A stretch of DNA of 64,000 bases from assembly GCF_000315625.1 (NCBI RefSeq), contig NW_005434599.1, forward strand, positions 352,595-416,594, in the 5' to 3' direction. How positions within the stretch are numbered: the first letter of the stretch is position 1; the number at the start of each line of letters is the position of its first letter. This stretch comes from Guillardia theta CCMP2712. Its lineage: Eukaryota > Protista > Cryptophyta. The notes below the pieces were generated by a model. That model ran no database searches and was not told where the DNA came from. It saw only the letters and a list, made by a program, of their open reading frames with translations. Shown one piece after another: positions 10,928 to 24,799 of the stretch. The translations under genes were made by a program, and so were the position numbers.

Positions 10928-12967
10928 TCACTGCTCCCAAACTTTGATGAAGCCGTCGATGGAGGACGTGACCAGACGCTCTCCTGCTCCTGCCGCAGAG
11001 CTCACGGCGCCTCTGTGCCCTCGCCTGACTCTCTCGATCGTCCAGTCCGTCACGTTCCACTCGATGACCGTCATGTCTGCCCCGGTGCTGCAGGCGAGGC
11101 GTCAGCAGGAGGAGGGCCAGGCGTACCCGAGGCTCTCGTACCTGACCAGCTTCTCTCCGACGCTCTCTAGCGACAGGATAGGTCCGCTGTGGGCAGCCAT
11201 CGTGTGCTCGAGCCTCCAAGTCCGCAAGTCGTACGACCTGATGGCTCCGTCCGCCCACCCCGAGACCCTGCGGCTGCGAGTCAAAGCAGAGCTGCAGGGC
11301 GAGCTGACTCACAGCTTCGCCTCCTCTCGTTTCAGCTCGGCGTTGTAGCTGGAGATCACCAGCAGCGGGCGCACCCAGACTCCCCTCTGCGTTGGAGCAA
11401 GAAGCTTCCGCTCTACCTCCCAGCTCTTCAAGTTCCACACCCAGATACACCCGTCGTCCACCGACGCCATCAGGTGCTTCTTCGACGCTCGCACGGCCCC
11501 GACCACGAGGCCCGACAGCTTGCTCGCCTCCCTTGCCTCCAACACTCGAGGGTCCAGCGGCCTGCGCTTGGAGAGCTGGGGCACAGGTGAGGGGCGGGAA
11601 GGGATGGACACAAAGGGTACCTGAAGGCCCGCGGACATGGCGCGCAGCACTTGCGTGTGGTTCGTCAGGCGTTGCCGCAGCTTCCACGTGCGCGTGTTCC
11701 ACACCATCACCGCCCCCTTGCAGGCCACCGCGAGCGTCTGGTCGACCAGCTCGAGTGCCAGCGGCTCGTCGTGTCCTCGCAGCACATGAAGGCACTCGGA
11801 CGTTCTTAGGTCCCACACGCGGACCGTCTGATCGTCAGAGGCTGAGATGAGGAGCCCTTGCGAGCTGTCGATGACGATCGCCGTGATCCAGCCCTCGTGC
11901 CCCTCGAACGTGCGAGTCGGACGGGACTCATTTAAGTCCCACTCAGTGATCACTTGATCTGCCCCCGCGCTGTAGAGCTTGTTCTCCGCCACCTGAGCTC
12001 GCGTCAAACAACCACCCTGCAGCATCTCAAGGACTTGCCTTCACGTCCAGCACAGCGGATCCAGTATTCCATTCCTTGATGATCGCGTTGGTCCCCCGGT
12101 GTAGCGATTGAGGAGACACATCAGGACGAATCAGTCCTCGACGTTTGAGCTCAGACAGGGGAACTCCTCCCATTCCCGACTCGATGCTCGCCGACCGCTC
12201 ATTTTCTAGCCGTCGCTTCTCCCAGTACCCCGGGTTGACGATGAAGGAGGACCTTTTCTCCTCTTCCCTTGGCTGTTGCAACATGGTGAACTTACGCATG
12301 AGCGCCTGGAGCGATTGCTTCTGGATCTCTCGCTGCGCGTTCAATCCTTCTCTGAGCATCCGCGATGAAGAACTTGTGCTGTCAGTATCCCAATCAGGTC
12401 TCAGTCGAGACTTCCACCGCCCTTGAGGAGAGGAGGAGGTTTGGTTTCTTGCAATTGCAGGTTTCTTCGTCTCCTGCTTGCGGGCCTGACTCTTCGTCTG
12501 TTGTTCATCGATGAGAGGAGGAGACGAAGAGAAGTTCATCTCCGACATCTTGTAAGAACGAGCAGCTGCAGCCTGAAAGTATAGGTTGGCACGGGGCATG
12601 ACAAACATTCATCTCTCACCACATTCTCGTTCTTGCCGATTCCTCGACCTCTCCTCTTCTTGGGGGCGCTTCCTGGACCTGCGACATCGTCCGAGCTCTC
12701 AGCGGATCGAGTGTCTGCCTCCACGTTGCCGCCCTTGGTCTGCATCAAGACCCCGACAAGCGACGGGCAGCTGGCGGCTATTGCGCTCCTCGCCAGACCC
12801 GTCCAGGGTTGTACGAAGCCTACGACCCGTCCCTGGTCCAACCCACGGCGCAGGCCATGACGGCAATCCGGTCGAAGGCACTCACTAACGATGAAGGAGG
12901 AGCTTGAGTCGAGCCAGACGGTCACCAAGAACGAGACGATCGCACCGGCCCCTCGACATGCTGACAT
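10928..12967 (-). CDS. WD40-repeat protein with a putative bipartite plastid leader
   Basis: GHEGWITAIV...SASDDQTVRVWD, SAGADQVITEWD, GWADGAIRSYD, SSIDGFIKVWE. Exon 1 (MSACRGAGAIVSFLVTVWLDSSSS-F) splices in frame to AAAARSYKM. Confidence 0.8.
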
Positions 12968-13559
12968 AGCTACTAGTGCCCCGGATACTCAAACCTGTAC
13001 ATAAAAACCTCTTCCTGACCTGCTCGTTTGAGATCAGCTCGTTGACATAAACCCAACAATGCATCGTAAACAAGTGCACAAAACTACACAGCATGTCATG
13101 CTCGTTCCATGGCAGTTGATCATACCCCCTTGCAACCCTTTCCCTTTTCCCTCCCTCAAGATTGCTACTAAATTGCTCTGTGCCTTTGCTCCCACTTTTC
13201 ATCGAGCTAAACTTCTTCCGTCGCACGTGCATCTCATGGTACATATTTCATGACCTCACAGTGCGTCCTCCACTTCCTTCGCTGTCATCCTCACCCTCTG
13301 TTGCCTGGTCTTACACCTTCCTTTGCGTTAGTTCACCTACATTCTTTCAATCTACCTTCCACGTCTTCCTCTTCCTTTTCCCCTTCCAGATCTCATACCC
13401 AGGTGTATCCGCTATCACTCTTCCTCTCCGCCCTCTCCTTCCTCCCCGTCTTCTCCCTCCCTCCTCCCTCTCCCCGCCGCAACCCTGCATGTATCGCCGC
13501 TTATATGTTCTTGACCCTCGTCCCCCCTCTTACCCTGTCAGCCGTTGAGGATGACAGGC

Positions 13560-13935
13560 ACTTTACGGCTGCACCGTCAGTCGGACTGCAGCTCCCCGGG
13601 CCCCGTCTGTCAGTCTCAGTGACTGGCCGGGCCCGTGCCGCTGGCCCTCAGTGACACCGACGACAGGTCGGGCCGACAAGCCGACTAGCATAAGCCCATG
13701 TTATGGCAGCCCGGGCCGAAAAGGAAACGGCATCCCGAACACTCATATTCGGAGCCTGTCAATGACCGTGACCGGCGGGGGAGTCGGCGTCCCTAGTTTC
13801 ATTCACGGTTGAACTTAAGGCGCAAGTGAGGAGAAAGGCAAGTCTTGTTGTAGTCTCGTTGGATGGCTGCGAGTGGATGGTCGCGTTGGATAACCTACGG
13901 CATTCGGAACGAGTCACTGCGTGGGCCCCCGGACC
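13560..13935. promoter_or_regulatory. GC-rich palindrome island upstream of the WD40 gene
   Basis: ccccggggcccc, ggccgggccc, cagtgactg, gtcgggccgac, gagtcact motifs; same style as 3660-4450. Confidence 0.4.
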
Positions 13936-13949
13936 GGGAACAGGTGATG

Positions 13950-15641
13950 ATGAAATTTCGCTTGAATCACTCACCGGAAAAGGACAGATCACCTTGATAC
14001 AAGTGTTATCATATACATCATAGAAGGGCCTTCCAGACTGCAGCATTCTATGAGACACAGTGGACGCAGAGGAGGGAGGATACCGCCAGACCTCCTCCCA
14101 TTCCACTCGCTAAGATCGCATAGGAGGATCGCGAGGTCGCCACGAGAGCATCCACTTTACCTGAGCACCGTGAGGTCTGAGAGATTCGCAGCTTCATGTG
14201 CTCACTCAGCAGCAGCACGTTCTTCCATCCATCCAGCAGAGCACGCTTACCCTGCCTTCCCGGCTCAACCGATTCTAACACCAGAACCTCCTTCCCCAGC
14301 ACACGGCGAGCAAGCTCAATTCCACTCTAGAGCACCCTGAGCACGCGACTGCAAGGCATCCGATTCGTCACCTGAGCATCTGAAGCCACGAAGATCTTGG
14401 AGGCCTAGATGTAGGAAGCATCAAAGACCGAACAAGGCACTAGGCCTGCTACTCACGTCTCCATGGGACAGGAACTCAGCACAGCGCAGAGCCGTGTGCT
14501 GTTCCTGCTCGGTCATGTACTTGACCTGCTGCACTTCAGCTTGTGACTCCACCAGTCTCAGTCGCACCGTCCGCAGGTGGACTCCGATGATCTTGTAGCC
14601 GGCGAAGTTGCGGAGGTAGAAGCTGAAGTGCGACCTCTGTTACAGCCATCCATAGGATGCTCCGACTGACCTGTCCACGTGCTTGCTGATGTCGGGAGAT
14701 GGAGACAAGATGTAGCGCGATATCGATGAGAAGAGAAGTTCTGTTCTACCTTGAATCGCCTTTCTGCCACCACGTAAATGCCATCGCGAGTTTTATGGTG
14801 TTGGCAGAGAGAAAGTCAAAGACAACGTACGGAATCGATCCTTCCGACAAGATTAGACCAGCAAAGTACGAAATGGCTTCACAAGACGTCAGGGATCCAA
14901 GGCTGTCGGTGGGTTCAGGACCTGTTAGCACGACTACCCGATCATCCTTGAGACTTTGTAGACCGTGACGAGAATGGAACTGAATCGCCTGCAAGAGCAA
15001 GAGTCTGCTACCTCCACATGATGATGAGATCAGTTGATGTCCACTCACTGCTACATCGTCGTCACGCAAATGCTTCCACGACTTGAAATCCCAGGCAAAC
15101 TCCCTCATCAGCTGCTCGTTGGAATGTAAAGGAAAAACGGTGAAAGAGAGCAAACACGCCATGCCTTGTCGTTGTTGAGAACTTGATTCAACTCAATCTT
15201 CACAGGCAAACTCAAGAAGTGACCAAGATCGATCATGGTAGAGACTTCCTTGCTCCGATGTACGATTGGTTGGTCGTACGACACCCACTCAACGACCAAT
15301 GCTCTGTCGGAAAGAAAACTCCACACATACCCGGAAACAAGAGCGACCAGACGATTGCCAAGGCCAGCTGCTTGTTCCATCCTCAATAAGAGAGCCTTTG
15401 AGTTCTTGACATCTTGGAGGAAACGGTTCTGAGTCGATTCAAACTTGTCGCTCATCTCAGCAAGTTCGTATCGCCTCTCCTCTTGCAATCTCCGAAGAAG
15501 CATTGCAAGCTTGTCATCGCTCAGGTTGTTCGAACTGTTACAAGAAGGTACAACACAGCAGAGGAGGAGGAGGAGGAGGAGGAGGTCGGGAGGTCGGGGA
15601 CGGAAGGCAGGCGCAACCATCCCCACCACTCTGAGCACCAT
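13950..15641 (-). CDS. Fucosyltransferase-like glycosyltransferase (GT37/xyloglucan FUT-like)
   Basis: N-terminal hydrophobic anchor; AGLGNRLVALVSGYVWSFLSDRALVVEW; IFVASD; ALVATSRSSYAILASGMGG. The 3' end is approximate. Confidence 0.7.
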
Positions 15642-15914
15642 GGTCAGTGTCTAGACGTTACACGGGCAACGCCGGGCAGAACAACTAGCTAAAGGGGATT
15701 CTAGAGCCAGTTCTAGAGCTCTTCTCTGAGCGAGTGAACGACAACATACAAGACTACAACCAAGAAGTGTCATGCAAGGCGTCACTGTGCTGGGGGAGGA
15801 GGCATACGCGAGCCATCAAAGATGATCTGCTCGCGTACATGTCTGTGCGGTCTCGCAGTTTGGGCAGGATGCAGGCACAGGGATCGTGCTTGGAAGCTCG
15901 ACAAGCAGAAAACT

Positions 15915-18900
15915 GAGGAGACTCTCTGAGGCGGTGCTATTCTCCAAAGGTCATACAGTTTAACGGTCTCCGACACTGGCTCCAAACTCTGGGGGAGGCA
16001 GAAAGACACTGGTGCATGCGACATTCATAGCTTTCATTACATGGGCATGGACCATTACAACTGAGTTATACACTGAGAGATCAGAACGGTTTCGCAAAGA
16101 ATAGAAAACTGGCCAACATCATTGCAAACATCCCGAAGATCGACTTGGTTGTGCGGTTGGCCCTGCAACAACGTCAGGAGCTGAAGCTGCAGCTCGAGCA
16201 CTCGCACTTGCGCAGCATCTCCTGGTACGTCCATTGCCCCGCATAGCGCGTGAGGCGGGAGGCCTGGAGGGGATGAGACAAGAGGGTAGGCAGAGAGAGA
16301 GAAGGACCTGCGGCCAGAAGATTCTCTTGCCCAGGAAGGGAATGGAGGACAAGAGTTCTCTAAACAACAAGTTGGCAAGCATGCAGGTCGCCTGCGGTCA
16401 CGAGCAATCAATTGGCGCTCGTTGATGCAAATGTTTCCTACCGCTAGCTTGTCCACAAGTCCCGGCTGGTTGTACTGATAAGGACTGGAAGGCAGGATGA
16501 ATGTTCGCTTGCTCAATGTCACTTTGTCCTTACCTTCCAATCTGCATCAAGCGGACTAGAGCCTTGCTCTCTGCGACTACCTGTGGTAGAGCATCGGTAC
16601 GACACCGAGGGGAAAATTCCAACAGGCCGAAGCAGAAACGAAGAGAGAGGGAATGCGATGAAGGTGAAGACATTATAGAGGAACAAACGAAAGAGGAAGA
16701 AGGGGAGGGAAGGGGGGGGAAGGGGGAGGGGGAGGGGAGAGAAGGGAAGGAAAGGAGGAGGGTGATCGGATAGGGTGTCGAAGGAGACTCACATGACTCT
16801 CGTAGGAGCGAAGAGCTGAAACGAAGCTACCTGAAGTAAGAGGAGCTGTGTCTTCCAGCTTCTTCCCCAAGGAAAGTGCATCAGCAAGCGCACTGTTGAC
16901 TCCCTGCAAGCATTCAGCTGCCAGCTGTCATTCCCACAAGCTGTCACCTGTCCCAAGTCGGGAGGAAACGAGTGTAGAGCATCCCCTGCATGCTTGTCAG
17001 GGAGGGAGATAGGAGCGGAGGAAGTTACCGAGCAAGACGACTCCTGCTCCGCTCTCACTGTCCTTGACGATGTAACTTGCCCCTGATCATCATCTCAATC
17101 AGGACGCAATTCCAAGTAATTGATGAGCTCCTGCCTCCTTGAGTCGTCTGAGGGAAGGGAAATCTCCCGCCCTGCAGCAGAAGGTGAGGGGGAGGCAAGG
17201 TCGGTAGCAACGAAGGACTTGCCTCGCTCTTTGCGAATCTCTCCAGCTCCTCCTCCTTCACTACATCCTTCCAGAGGACCTTGTCGTCCAGTCAGCAGAG
17301 ACTACCAGCTCCTCGTCCTCACCTGCGGGAAGCAGTCCTCCAGGAAGCTCCTCATGCCGTCTAGCGTGAAGAGCTGAGAAACATCTCAGGCCCTGCTGGA
17401 GAAACTTCAAGGCTGACGTCACCTTGGGGTCATTCCAGATCTTATGATCTGGTTTTGTGATGACGTTGGCTGTCCTGCCCGAAGGTCAGCCTGCACCTCC
17501 CTTGGCTCACCAGCACCTGTATCCATCGATTCCTTTCCTGGGAAGAATCCCAAGACGAGTATCGAGCTGGAAACGTGTCATTCACTCCCCTTCCCCTTCT
17601 CCCCTCCCTCTTCTCCTCTCCTCTCCCTCCCTGCTCCTCCTCTCCCTCCCTGCTCCTCCTCTCCCTCCCTGCTCCTGCTTACCTTGGGGTCTTTGCCCGT
17701 GTACTTGGAAGTGAAGAAGTAAGTCTCCTCCGGCACCGCCACCACCCTCGGCTGATCGTCGACAGCCTCCTGCCAGCTGGATGAGCGGAGAGATGCTGAG
17801 GGGTCTCCATCACCGCCACTGGGAAGGAAGGCTCCAGCTTCAGCACCTGGAAGAGGATACAGTCATTCCAAGAAGCGACTCCCTCCCTTCTCACCTTGTA
17901 TCTCAACCCTCCTGCTGGGGAGAACACCTCCTTCATCTGGAACCTCGACACCAGGTCACTTCCTCCCGCTGCCCCTCCAGCCTGCTCCTTCATGTCCCGC
18001 TGATACAGGTCTCAATAGGACGGGAGGTCAAACTCAAGGGGGTCAGAGCACCTCGACGAGCAGCTCTCTCACTCTCGACTTCAGCCCTTCAGCTGCTACG
18101 ATCAAGTCGAAGTCCTCCAGCAGCTCCTCCTCACCCTGGAGGCAGTCAGAGCTGCGTGCTCCCCAGAAGGAGCGCTCCATACAGTGTCCAAGGAGAGAAC
18201 CCTCGCAGTGAGATGTCCTCCATTGGGGGATGGAGTTGATAGAGCCTGGAAATCTACAAGCTCGCAACTTGTTCTCAAAGTTATGGAAGGCTGATCACTG
18301 ATGTCAGGAACCAAGAGGAGACCAGGCATCTCACCCTCTGCATGACAGCATCTCCCAGCAACGAGTTGAACTCATGCCTCGTGATCCAGTACGGCACCCT
18401 AGAGAAATTTTCACACCTGTCGCCGTGAAACCAGTCGGAACTCACTGACTGCCTATGGTTGGAAAGAAGTTGAACTTCACTTTAGTGATTTTGCCACTCG
18501 TGTCGACTCTGTTTCCATTGAGAACGGATCTGACGGAGCCAGGACGATCAGAAGGCAACCCTAAAACTTGAGCATTCAAACAAACCCATCTACTCCGTTC
18601 TCAGCCAACCTCGGAGTTAGTCCGTGTCTGGAAAGCACTTTAGCTAATGAGTAGCCGGCTCTTCTCTTCGCACCTGTCAGTGAACAACAATCCCTTCCCA
18701 GAGATGAGATACATGAATCCCTTGTTGGGATCGTAAGCACTGATGGATCCCGCTCGTTCCAACACAGTAATCTTGTGCTGTTTCACCTGGAGCAGAACCG
18801 TTCGATTCAAGTTCTCTCGTCTCACCAAGAAAATCACTCACCTGTGGCATCTCACTGAACACTTTATCCAGCTCAAGAGCTGCACCCAGACCCCCGGGTC

Positions 18901-19214
18901 CTGCTCCGACAACAAGGACATTCATTCGCTCCTTCACCAGCGTCTCTGCCGAAAGAAATTATGACCCACAGGCTATCCCCCACCTCCTAACCTTTTCCTG
19001 AGGAAACATCTTTCATCGCAGCCAATCGCAACGGAACAGCTTTCAGACGGGCTGCTGACGGATTTGGAAGGCATCGATGTGCGCTGCTGCGATGTCTGGC
19101 CACAAAGGGAAGGGAAACGAACTTGAAGGCAAGCAGACCGTCAAGCGCCAGCAGGAACAAGGGCAAACCTCTTATTCCCTGTGAACAAACACTCAGACGA
19201 GTTTCGAATCGCAT
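15915..19214 (-). CDS. FAD-dependent monooxygenase (kynurenine 3-monooxygenase-like), probable plastid leader
   Basis: NVLVVGAGPGGLGAA Rossmann motif; FDLIVAAEGLKSRVR; GDALHSFPPDLGQ|GVNSALADA; leader LPLFLLALDGLLA-F. The 3' end is approximate. Confidence 0.85.
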
Positions 19215-20251
19215 TCACCAAGAGTGGAGCATGCTTCAGCACCCCAAGCTTCCCTCCTTCTCCTCCTCCTCTTCACGTCACAACCCCCTACACGCCTTCG
19301 TACCATTCCTTGTATGTGTCACTTGCCACATCCCCATACAGACCCATCAAACCGTTTCAAGAACAGTTTCAAGAACAGTTTCAAGAAGAACCTTGGTGAA
19401 AATCATGAAGAAATGCTACAAAATTTCAAAAAATGATAATACATATTTCAGAGTTTCTCCAAAGCGAACACTTTGTAGACAGAAAAAGTCATGCACGTCA
19501 ACTGCTGAGGACGGTTACACACATACCGCAATGCGCGACGGAGGCTGAGGGAAGGGAGGGAAGGGGAGGAAGGAGGAGGGAGGGAAGGGGAGACAGGCAG
19601 AGAGAGGGGGGGGGAGGAGAACTGCGGCCGGGACTCGGGGATGCAATGCCGGCCCGAGACTCAGAGCCGAAGTTGGGATTGAAAAGGAAGGGGGAGCCGG
19701 CAGCGGGCAGAGGGGGGAAGATAGACGGCGAGAGGAAGTAAAATGCGAAGAAGCGAGAAACTTAGGAGGGGAGTAAACGATTCATGAATGTAGTGGGACC
19801 GGGGGATGTGAGAGCTGGGTCAATGATGAAGGTGGAAGGTCGAGAAAGGCGGAATGGAGTCAGGCGACATTGTCAGGAGGTGTGACCGTCAGTGAGAGAT
19901 GTTAGGAGCGAGAAGAGAGGACGAGGGTTGTTTTTGTCTCCAAATGTCGGACCCACGAAGTTTTCGCAGCAGGGGCTGGCTGGTGACTGAAGTTTGATGG
20001 TAGATGTCAATGCTCGGTACCCCAGACGGGACAAGGAATCTTGACACTCTGAAGCTGAAGACGAGGACGAACAGTTGTGTGGCATTGATGCGAACACAGG
20101 TAATCCAAAGCAGATTCGTCCTATCCTTTCACTCTCCTCTTGATATATCATGACCTCTCCTTCACTTCTCCTTCTCGACCACTTCTCTTCCTCCCATCCA
20201 GCGACATAACTACAATCTGATCCATGGTGCAAGGCTGGGATCTTTGCAACC

Positions 20252-20860
20252 ATGCATCCTCACCGAAGGTCGGCCATGAACGTACAGAGAGAGATGTCTA
20301 TGTCTGATGTTGGGCATTGGCAGGAGCGGCTACAAGCAAGCCAACAGCGAGTCAAACCTGAGGGAACTGGGAAGTATGACTTCGTACAAACAGTTCTACG
20401 AAAAGGGAGTGGAGATTCCTTACATGCAAAAGTCCAACATGTCTGTCAACTACAAGCAGAAACTGCACAAGTATGATCCCAACGCGCTCTGCAACCGTCT
20501 CCCAGTCAAGTTCGACAACGAGGTCAGGCGTGGGAAAGTGTGTATGGAGCGCGTGTGTAACCCCAACTCTTGACCAGCCGGTCCCCTTCGTCCGGTATTG
20601 TGCTCCAAGAAACATCTCGCAATACGAGTTGGGGCCAAAGCTCTATGAGGTGACCTGTCAAATGCTTTCATTTCGAGCTAGCTGTGACATGAAGCTGTCA
20701 GAGGAGATTTTTGACGCACAGCCAAGCTTTCTATCCCAAGTGGGATTCTTTGCCGATTGGATTTCAGAACGCCGGAATTATGGGTGACAGACGGCGATTT
20801 TGGTTGTTGCTTGGACTGATAGGCTTTCACAGGTGAATTTGCAAGTCGAATTCACGTGAG
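20252..20860 (+). CDS. Small multi-exon hypothetical protein
   Basis: Coding-like exons (SGYKQANSESNLRELG...KLHKYDPNALCNRLPVKFDNE; PFVRYCAPRNISQYELG) separated by ~50-nt GT-AG introns. Confidence 0.5.
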
Positions 20861-20994
20861 TCAAAATCGATAAAAACTGAGTCTACACGGACCGTGGACG
20901 CCAACGATCCTGTATGCGTTATCAGTGTTAACTGGCAGAAACCCAGCTCGAGATTTTACAAATTTCTCAACTATCAGATTATCTTTCTTTCAAT

Positions 20995-22250
20995 CTAGGG
21001 ACGACCCGCATGATAAATAGCCTCGAAATATTCCTTGCACGCGTGGCTTTTGAGGACGATGTCGCCATACTGAAGCTGCACATCCATTTGCGCATTCAAC
21101 ACATCAGCAAACATGTTTGAGAAAGGGGGCACAATCCTCAAGAACGGAACACTTTGCACTTGTCTTGGTTCGCTCTCCAGCTCCGTGGAGCTGTGAAATA
21201 CACGTTCCTTGAGTTGAGTGCCCAACGTCTGAAAGCATTTCTCCTCCACTGTGATCAAGGTTTCTGCAAACACATCGCTCTCAAGGATCTCCTCGAAATC
21301 TCCGGCCAAATTTTCCAGCTGCTTGCTGAGTCCATTCTCCATTCGTACGCCCATCATAATCTCTTCAGCTGAGTTCGCCGCGTCATCAGGATTCAAACAC
21401 TCCGCTACGTAGGAGTTGGACAGATCTCGCAAGAGCATGATGATCCAATCGTTCTCATCAGTTTCTGTCTCTCTTCTCACAAATTTCAACATCTCCTCCA
21501 CTTTCTCTTCGTCGTACATCTCTCCATGGTTGACCCGATCATAATACAGCGTCACTCCGCGCTCAACCTTCTCCACCACACTCTGCAGGAAATTTACTTG
21601 CCCGCATGCTATTGCAAAGTACTTCATCATGGATAAATATTTCCTCTGAACCAATTCATGTGGAGCTTTTCCCATTCTCTTCAACCTCAGCAACTGAAAC
21701 ACTTGCGTGTAGATCACCAACTGAACGATCGCTGTCACGTAGAGTGCAGAGAGTGTCCTGGTGATGCTTGCAATCGCAAGCTCCTTGTACACGGACAACC
21801 TTGTTTGAAGGTCATCTCTGGCTACTTCCTTCACCATGTTCTGCTTTGCCTGCACATCGATCAGCGTCGAGAGCTCTCTCTTAATTTCCTTCAAGGCCGC
21901 CTGCGGAAATAAAATTCAGCGCACGAGGACGGAGGAAGAGATGGCAGGGGATGAGGAATAACTTGGTATGCACACACAACATCTATGAACTGACAATACA
22001 GGGCAGGAGGGCATGTACACATCATGTCGCTGGAGTCCACTCTTACCATGACGAGCCGCTTCCCGTCGCCGCTCGCCAACATACTTTCGACTTCATCGCT
22101 GATCCTCTCCTTCATCTTGGAAGCCATGACTATCATTCTCTTCACCGGGAAATGCCTCATCGCTCGCCAGATCAAGAACGTCGCCATCGCTGCCGCCCCC
22201 ACCATCATCACCCGCCACCGGCCCCATCGCCACCGCAAGGGCCCCGACAT
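20995..22250 (-). CDS. PEX3: Peroxin-3
   Basis: Basic N-terminus + TM (RWRWGRWRVMMVGAAAMATFLIW); RLSVYKELAIASITRTLSALYVTAIVQLVIYTQV matches the PEX3 ELKI.SFTR...Q segment; VQRKYLS; PFLRIVP. Confidence 0.75.
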
Positions 22251-22597
22251 GGCGCCCGTTCCACGAAAAACATACGTAACGTGATACAACGGTCTGACAA
22301 CGACTGCAACGACAATGCTACTGCAGCATGCGGGCACCATAACGTGAAGGGAAGGGATGAGGAGGAGGGGAGGGAGGGAGGCAGGCGACGGGATGATGCT
22401 GCACTGAGAGAGTCTGAGTGAGGGCTGACCATGCTGGACGACTTGTCCGGTTGAAGCAGAAGGAGGTGGGGAAGGGAAGGGAGGAGTGCAGCAGAAGGCA
22501 ATGATGGTAACAGGAAGAGGATATGTGGATGGAGGGACAAGGCAGGGGGCAGGGGAGGAGGGTGGACTGCAAGGGATTCCCGTCTCTGTCTCTTGCC

Positions 22598-24676
22598 ATG
22601 GGTGACTTGAAGGTCGAGGACTTGAGCGTGAGAAGAGAAATTGATGTTCTGACATCCCTGCTGAAAGCACTAAGTTGGTGAATGGACTTCTGCTTCAACT
22701 CAATGCTTTCCTTGTAGATCCGAGCTTTCCCTCGGAGGCCATGACGTGTCAATGGAAGTTCTGCCGTCAAGTGCTGGAGAAGTTCTCCTGATCCGTTGTG
22801 CCCATGAACGAGAAGATCGAGGTGAACAGCTCGATGAACCTTGCTGAGGTGTCGGGCAGACCTTCTTCCGAGCCGGAGACGGACAAGGCGATTCCTCCCA
22901 GGTTCGTATGCCCATGGCCTTCACTCGGGAAGTGGTGCTTGTCGTTTCTCTGGCCCATATTTGATGTTGCTGTGATAATCGCCATCGTCGTGACGTTCTG
23001 GCCTCGTCCTCTGATCCCTTCCGATCCAAAGTCGCAAAGAGCCGCCCAGGTGCGCCCATTCCATGCATGGCCATCGGCAATGAACGATCGAACCAGGAAT
23101 ACTCTGTCCTATTCATCTGGCTGCCTCTTGTTTTCCGGATATGCTGGGGGCCCCTGCATTGGTTGTTGTCCTTGGTCCTGATGCCTGGATCGATTTTGTT
23201 CAGCGAGAGTCCCTTGCGAAGTCTGATACCCTCCAAGGACCTCCGAGAGCTGATCTTGAGGAATTCAGAGACGAGAGAGGTTGTCTCCAGCTCTCTCTGA
23301 CCACCCCACTGACCTGACTTGCTGCTCAGAGTCGGCGAGAACTTTTCGTGCACATCGGAGGGGTAGAAGTCACCATGTGCACTCCAGATGGAGTCAATCT
23401 TTATGGAATGTACTTTGCGGGTTTCGGTGCTGGTGCGCATGACGCGACGATCATTCGCATGAACGGCAACGCTGAGTCGTTTCAGATGCAGGTGTCTCCC
23501 TCCCCTCCTCCCCTCCTCTTCCCCGCCTCCTCCCCTCCTCCCCTCTTCGTCCTTGTTTGACTTGTGAGCGCAGGACACTCAGCTTCCGTTGATGTATGCC
23601 AACTCAGGGTTCAACATCGTCTTGTTCGACTACCGGGGCGTCGGGCGATCGTGCTGGCGTCCATGTTTCGGCTTCAAATCTCTCGGTCAATTGCTGGGAG
23701 TCTGGTCAGTGAGAGACGGCGGCGGTCAGGGGCTCCTGGTTCTGACCGAGAGGTACAGGCGAACGAGGAAGATTGAGGGGAACATGTTGGATGCCTGGAC
23801 TGTCTACCAGGTAATCGTCCATCCGTTGACACGAGCTGACGCGCGTCCTTGCAGTTTGTCACGAAGGAGCTGGGAGTTCCTCAAGAAAAGGTTGTGATCG
23901 TGGGTCACTCGATGGGTGGAGCTATCTCTACCAAGATGTGCGCCAAATATCAGCTGCCATGTGCTCTGTGCAACTCAAGGTAAGCTTGTCCTTCTTGCTG
24001 TGAGGGAGTGAAGGCCGAGAATGAACAGGTCGTTCGCTTCACTCCGTGACATTGCCTCCAACCTTGCCCCCTCCTTCTGTAACTCACCTCCGAACACGAT
24101 GAAGGGAAAGATTGTGAAGCATCTAGCATACAGTATTTTACGTGTGCCGGTTTTTCTCAACGTGTGACGGTGGTCTGGTCAGTGTTGCTCTGCGCTTCTG
24201 GCTGGGAGTACGACTCCCTCGTCAATTGGAAGAAGGTGAAAGGAAGGAAGTGGATAGAGTATTGGTAAGTTCGAAGCCCCGCTACATGATCTGACGTTAA
24301 CTGCAGCCCGCTGGACCCTGTCATCCCGTACCCATGTTCTTTGAAGCACGCGATCGAGAAGGAGGATCGAGATCGCGATGGTGCGGCGTCTGCATGACCT
24401 TGCCAACCTCCCAGTCACTCTCACTTTCAGCCGGGTTCACCGAGCTGGATGACATCAGGCTCGATGACATCAGGCTGTCCATCACTGTGGAGAGGGTGGG
24501 AGGGCACAAGGTGTTGAGGTTGCCTCCCTTGTTAGATTACGACAATCACAACCGGTGACCAGGAGACGACGCGTAGAGCTACTTGCTCAGTAACTCTGCG
24601 AATTTCCAGGTTGCTCACCATGGAAGAGCTCGTGTATCACCTTGAGATTATGCGAGAAGAGTTGAATGCGCGATAG
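22598..24676 (+). CDS. Alpha/beta hydrolase (ABHD12/13-like), membrane-anchored
   Basis: TPDGVNLYG, RMNGNAE, FNIVLFDYRGVGRS, nucleophile elbow IVGHSMGG, NSRSFASL. Confidence 0.85.
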
Positions 24677-24799
24677 GAGGAGCCCGTTGACTTCAAGACG
24701 ATTCTGATTCATGTTTATTCTTCCCCCCTTTATTGTTTCACGTACAATCTTTTTAGTTTCGCTCAATACATCTTCTACAACCCCCTTCTAAATTCAAAT

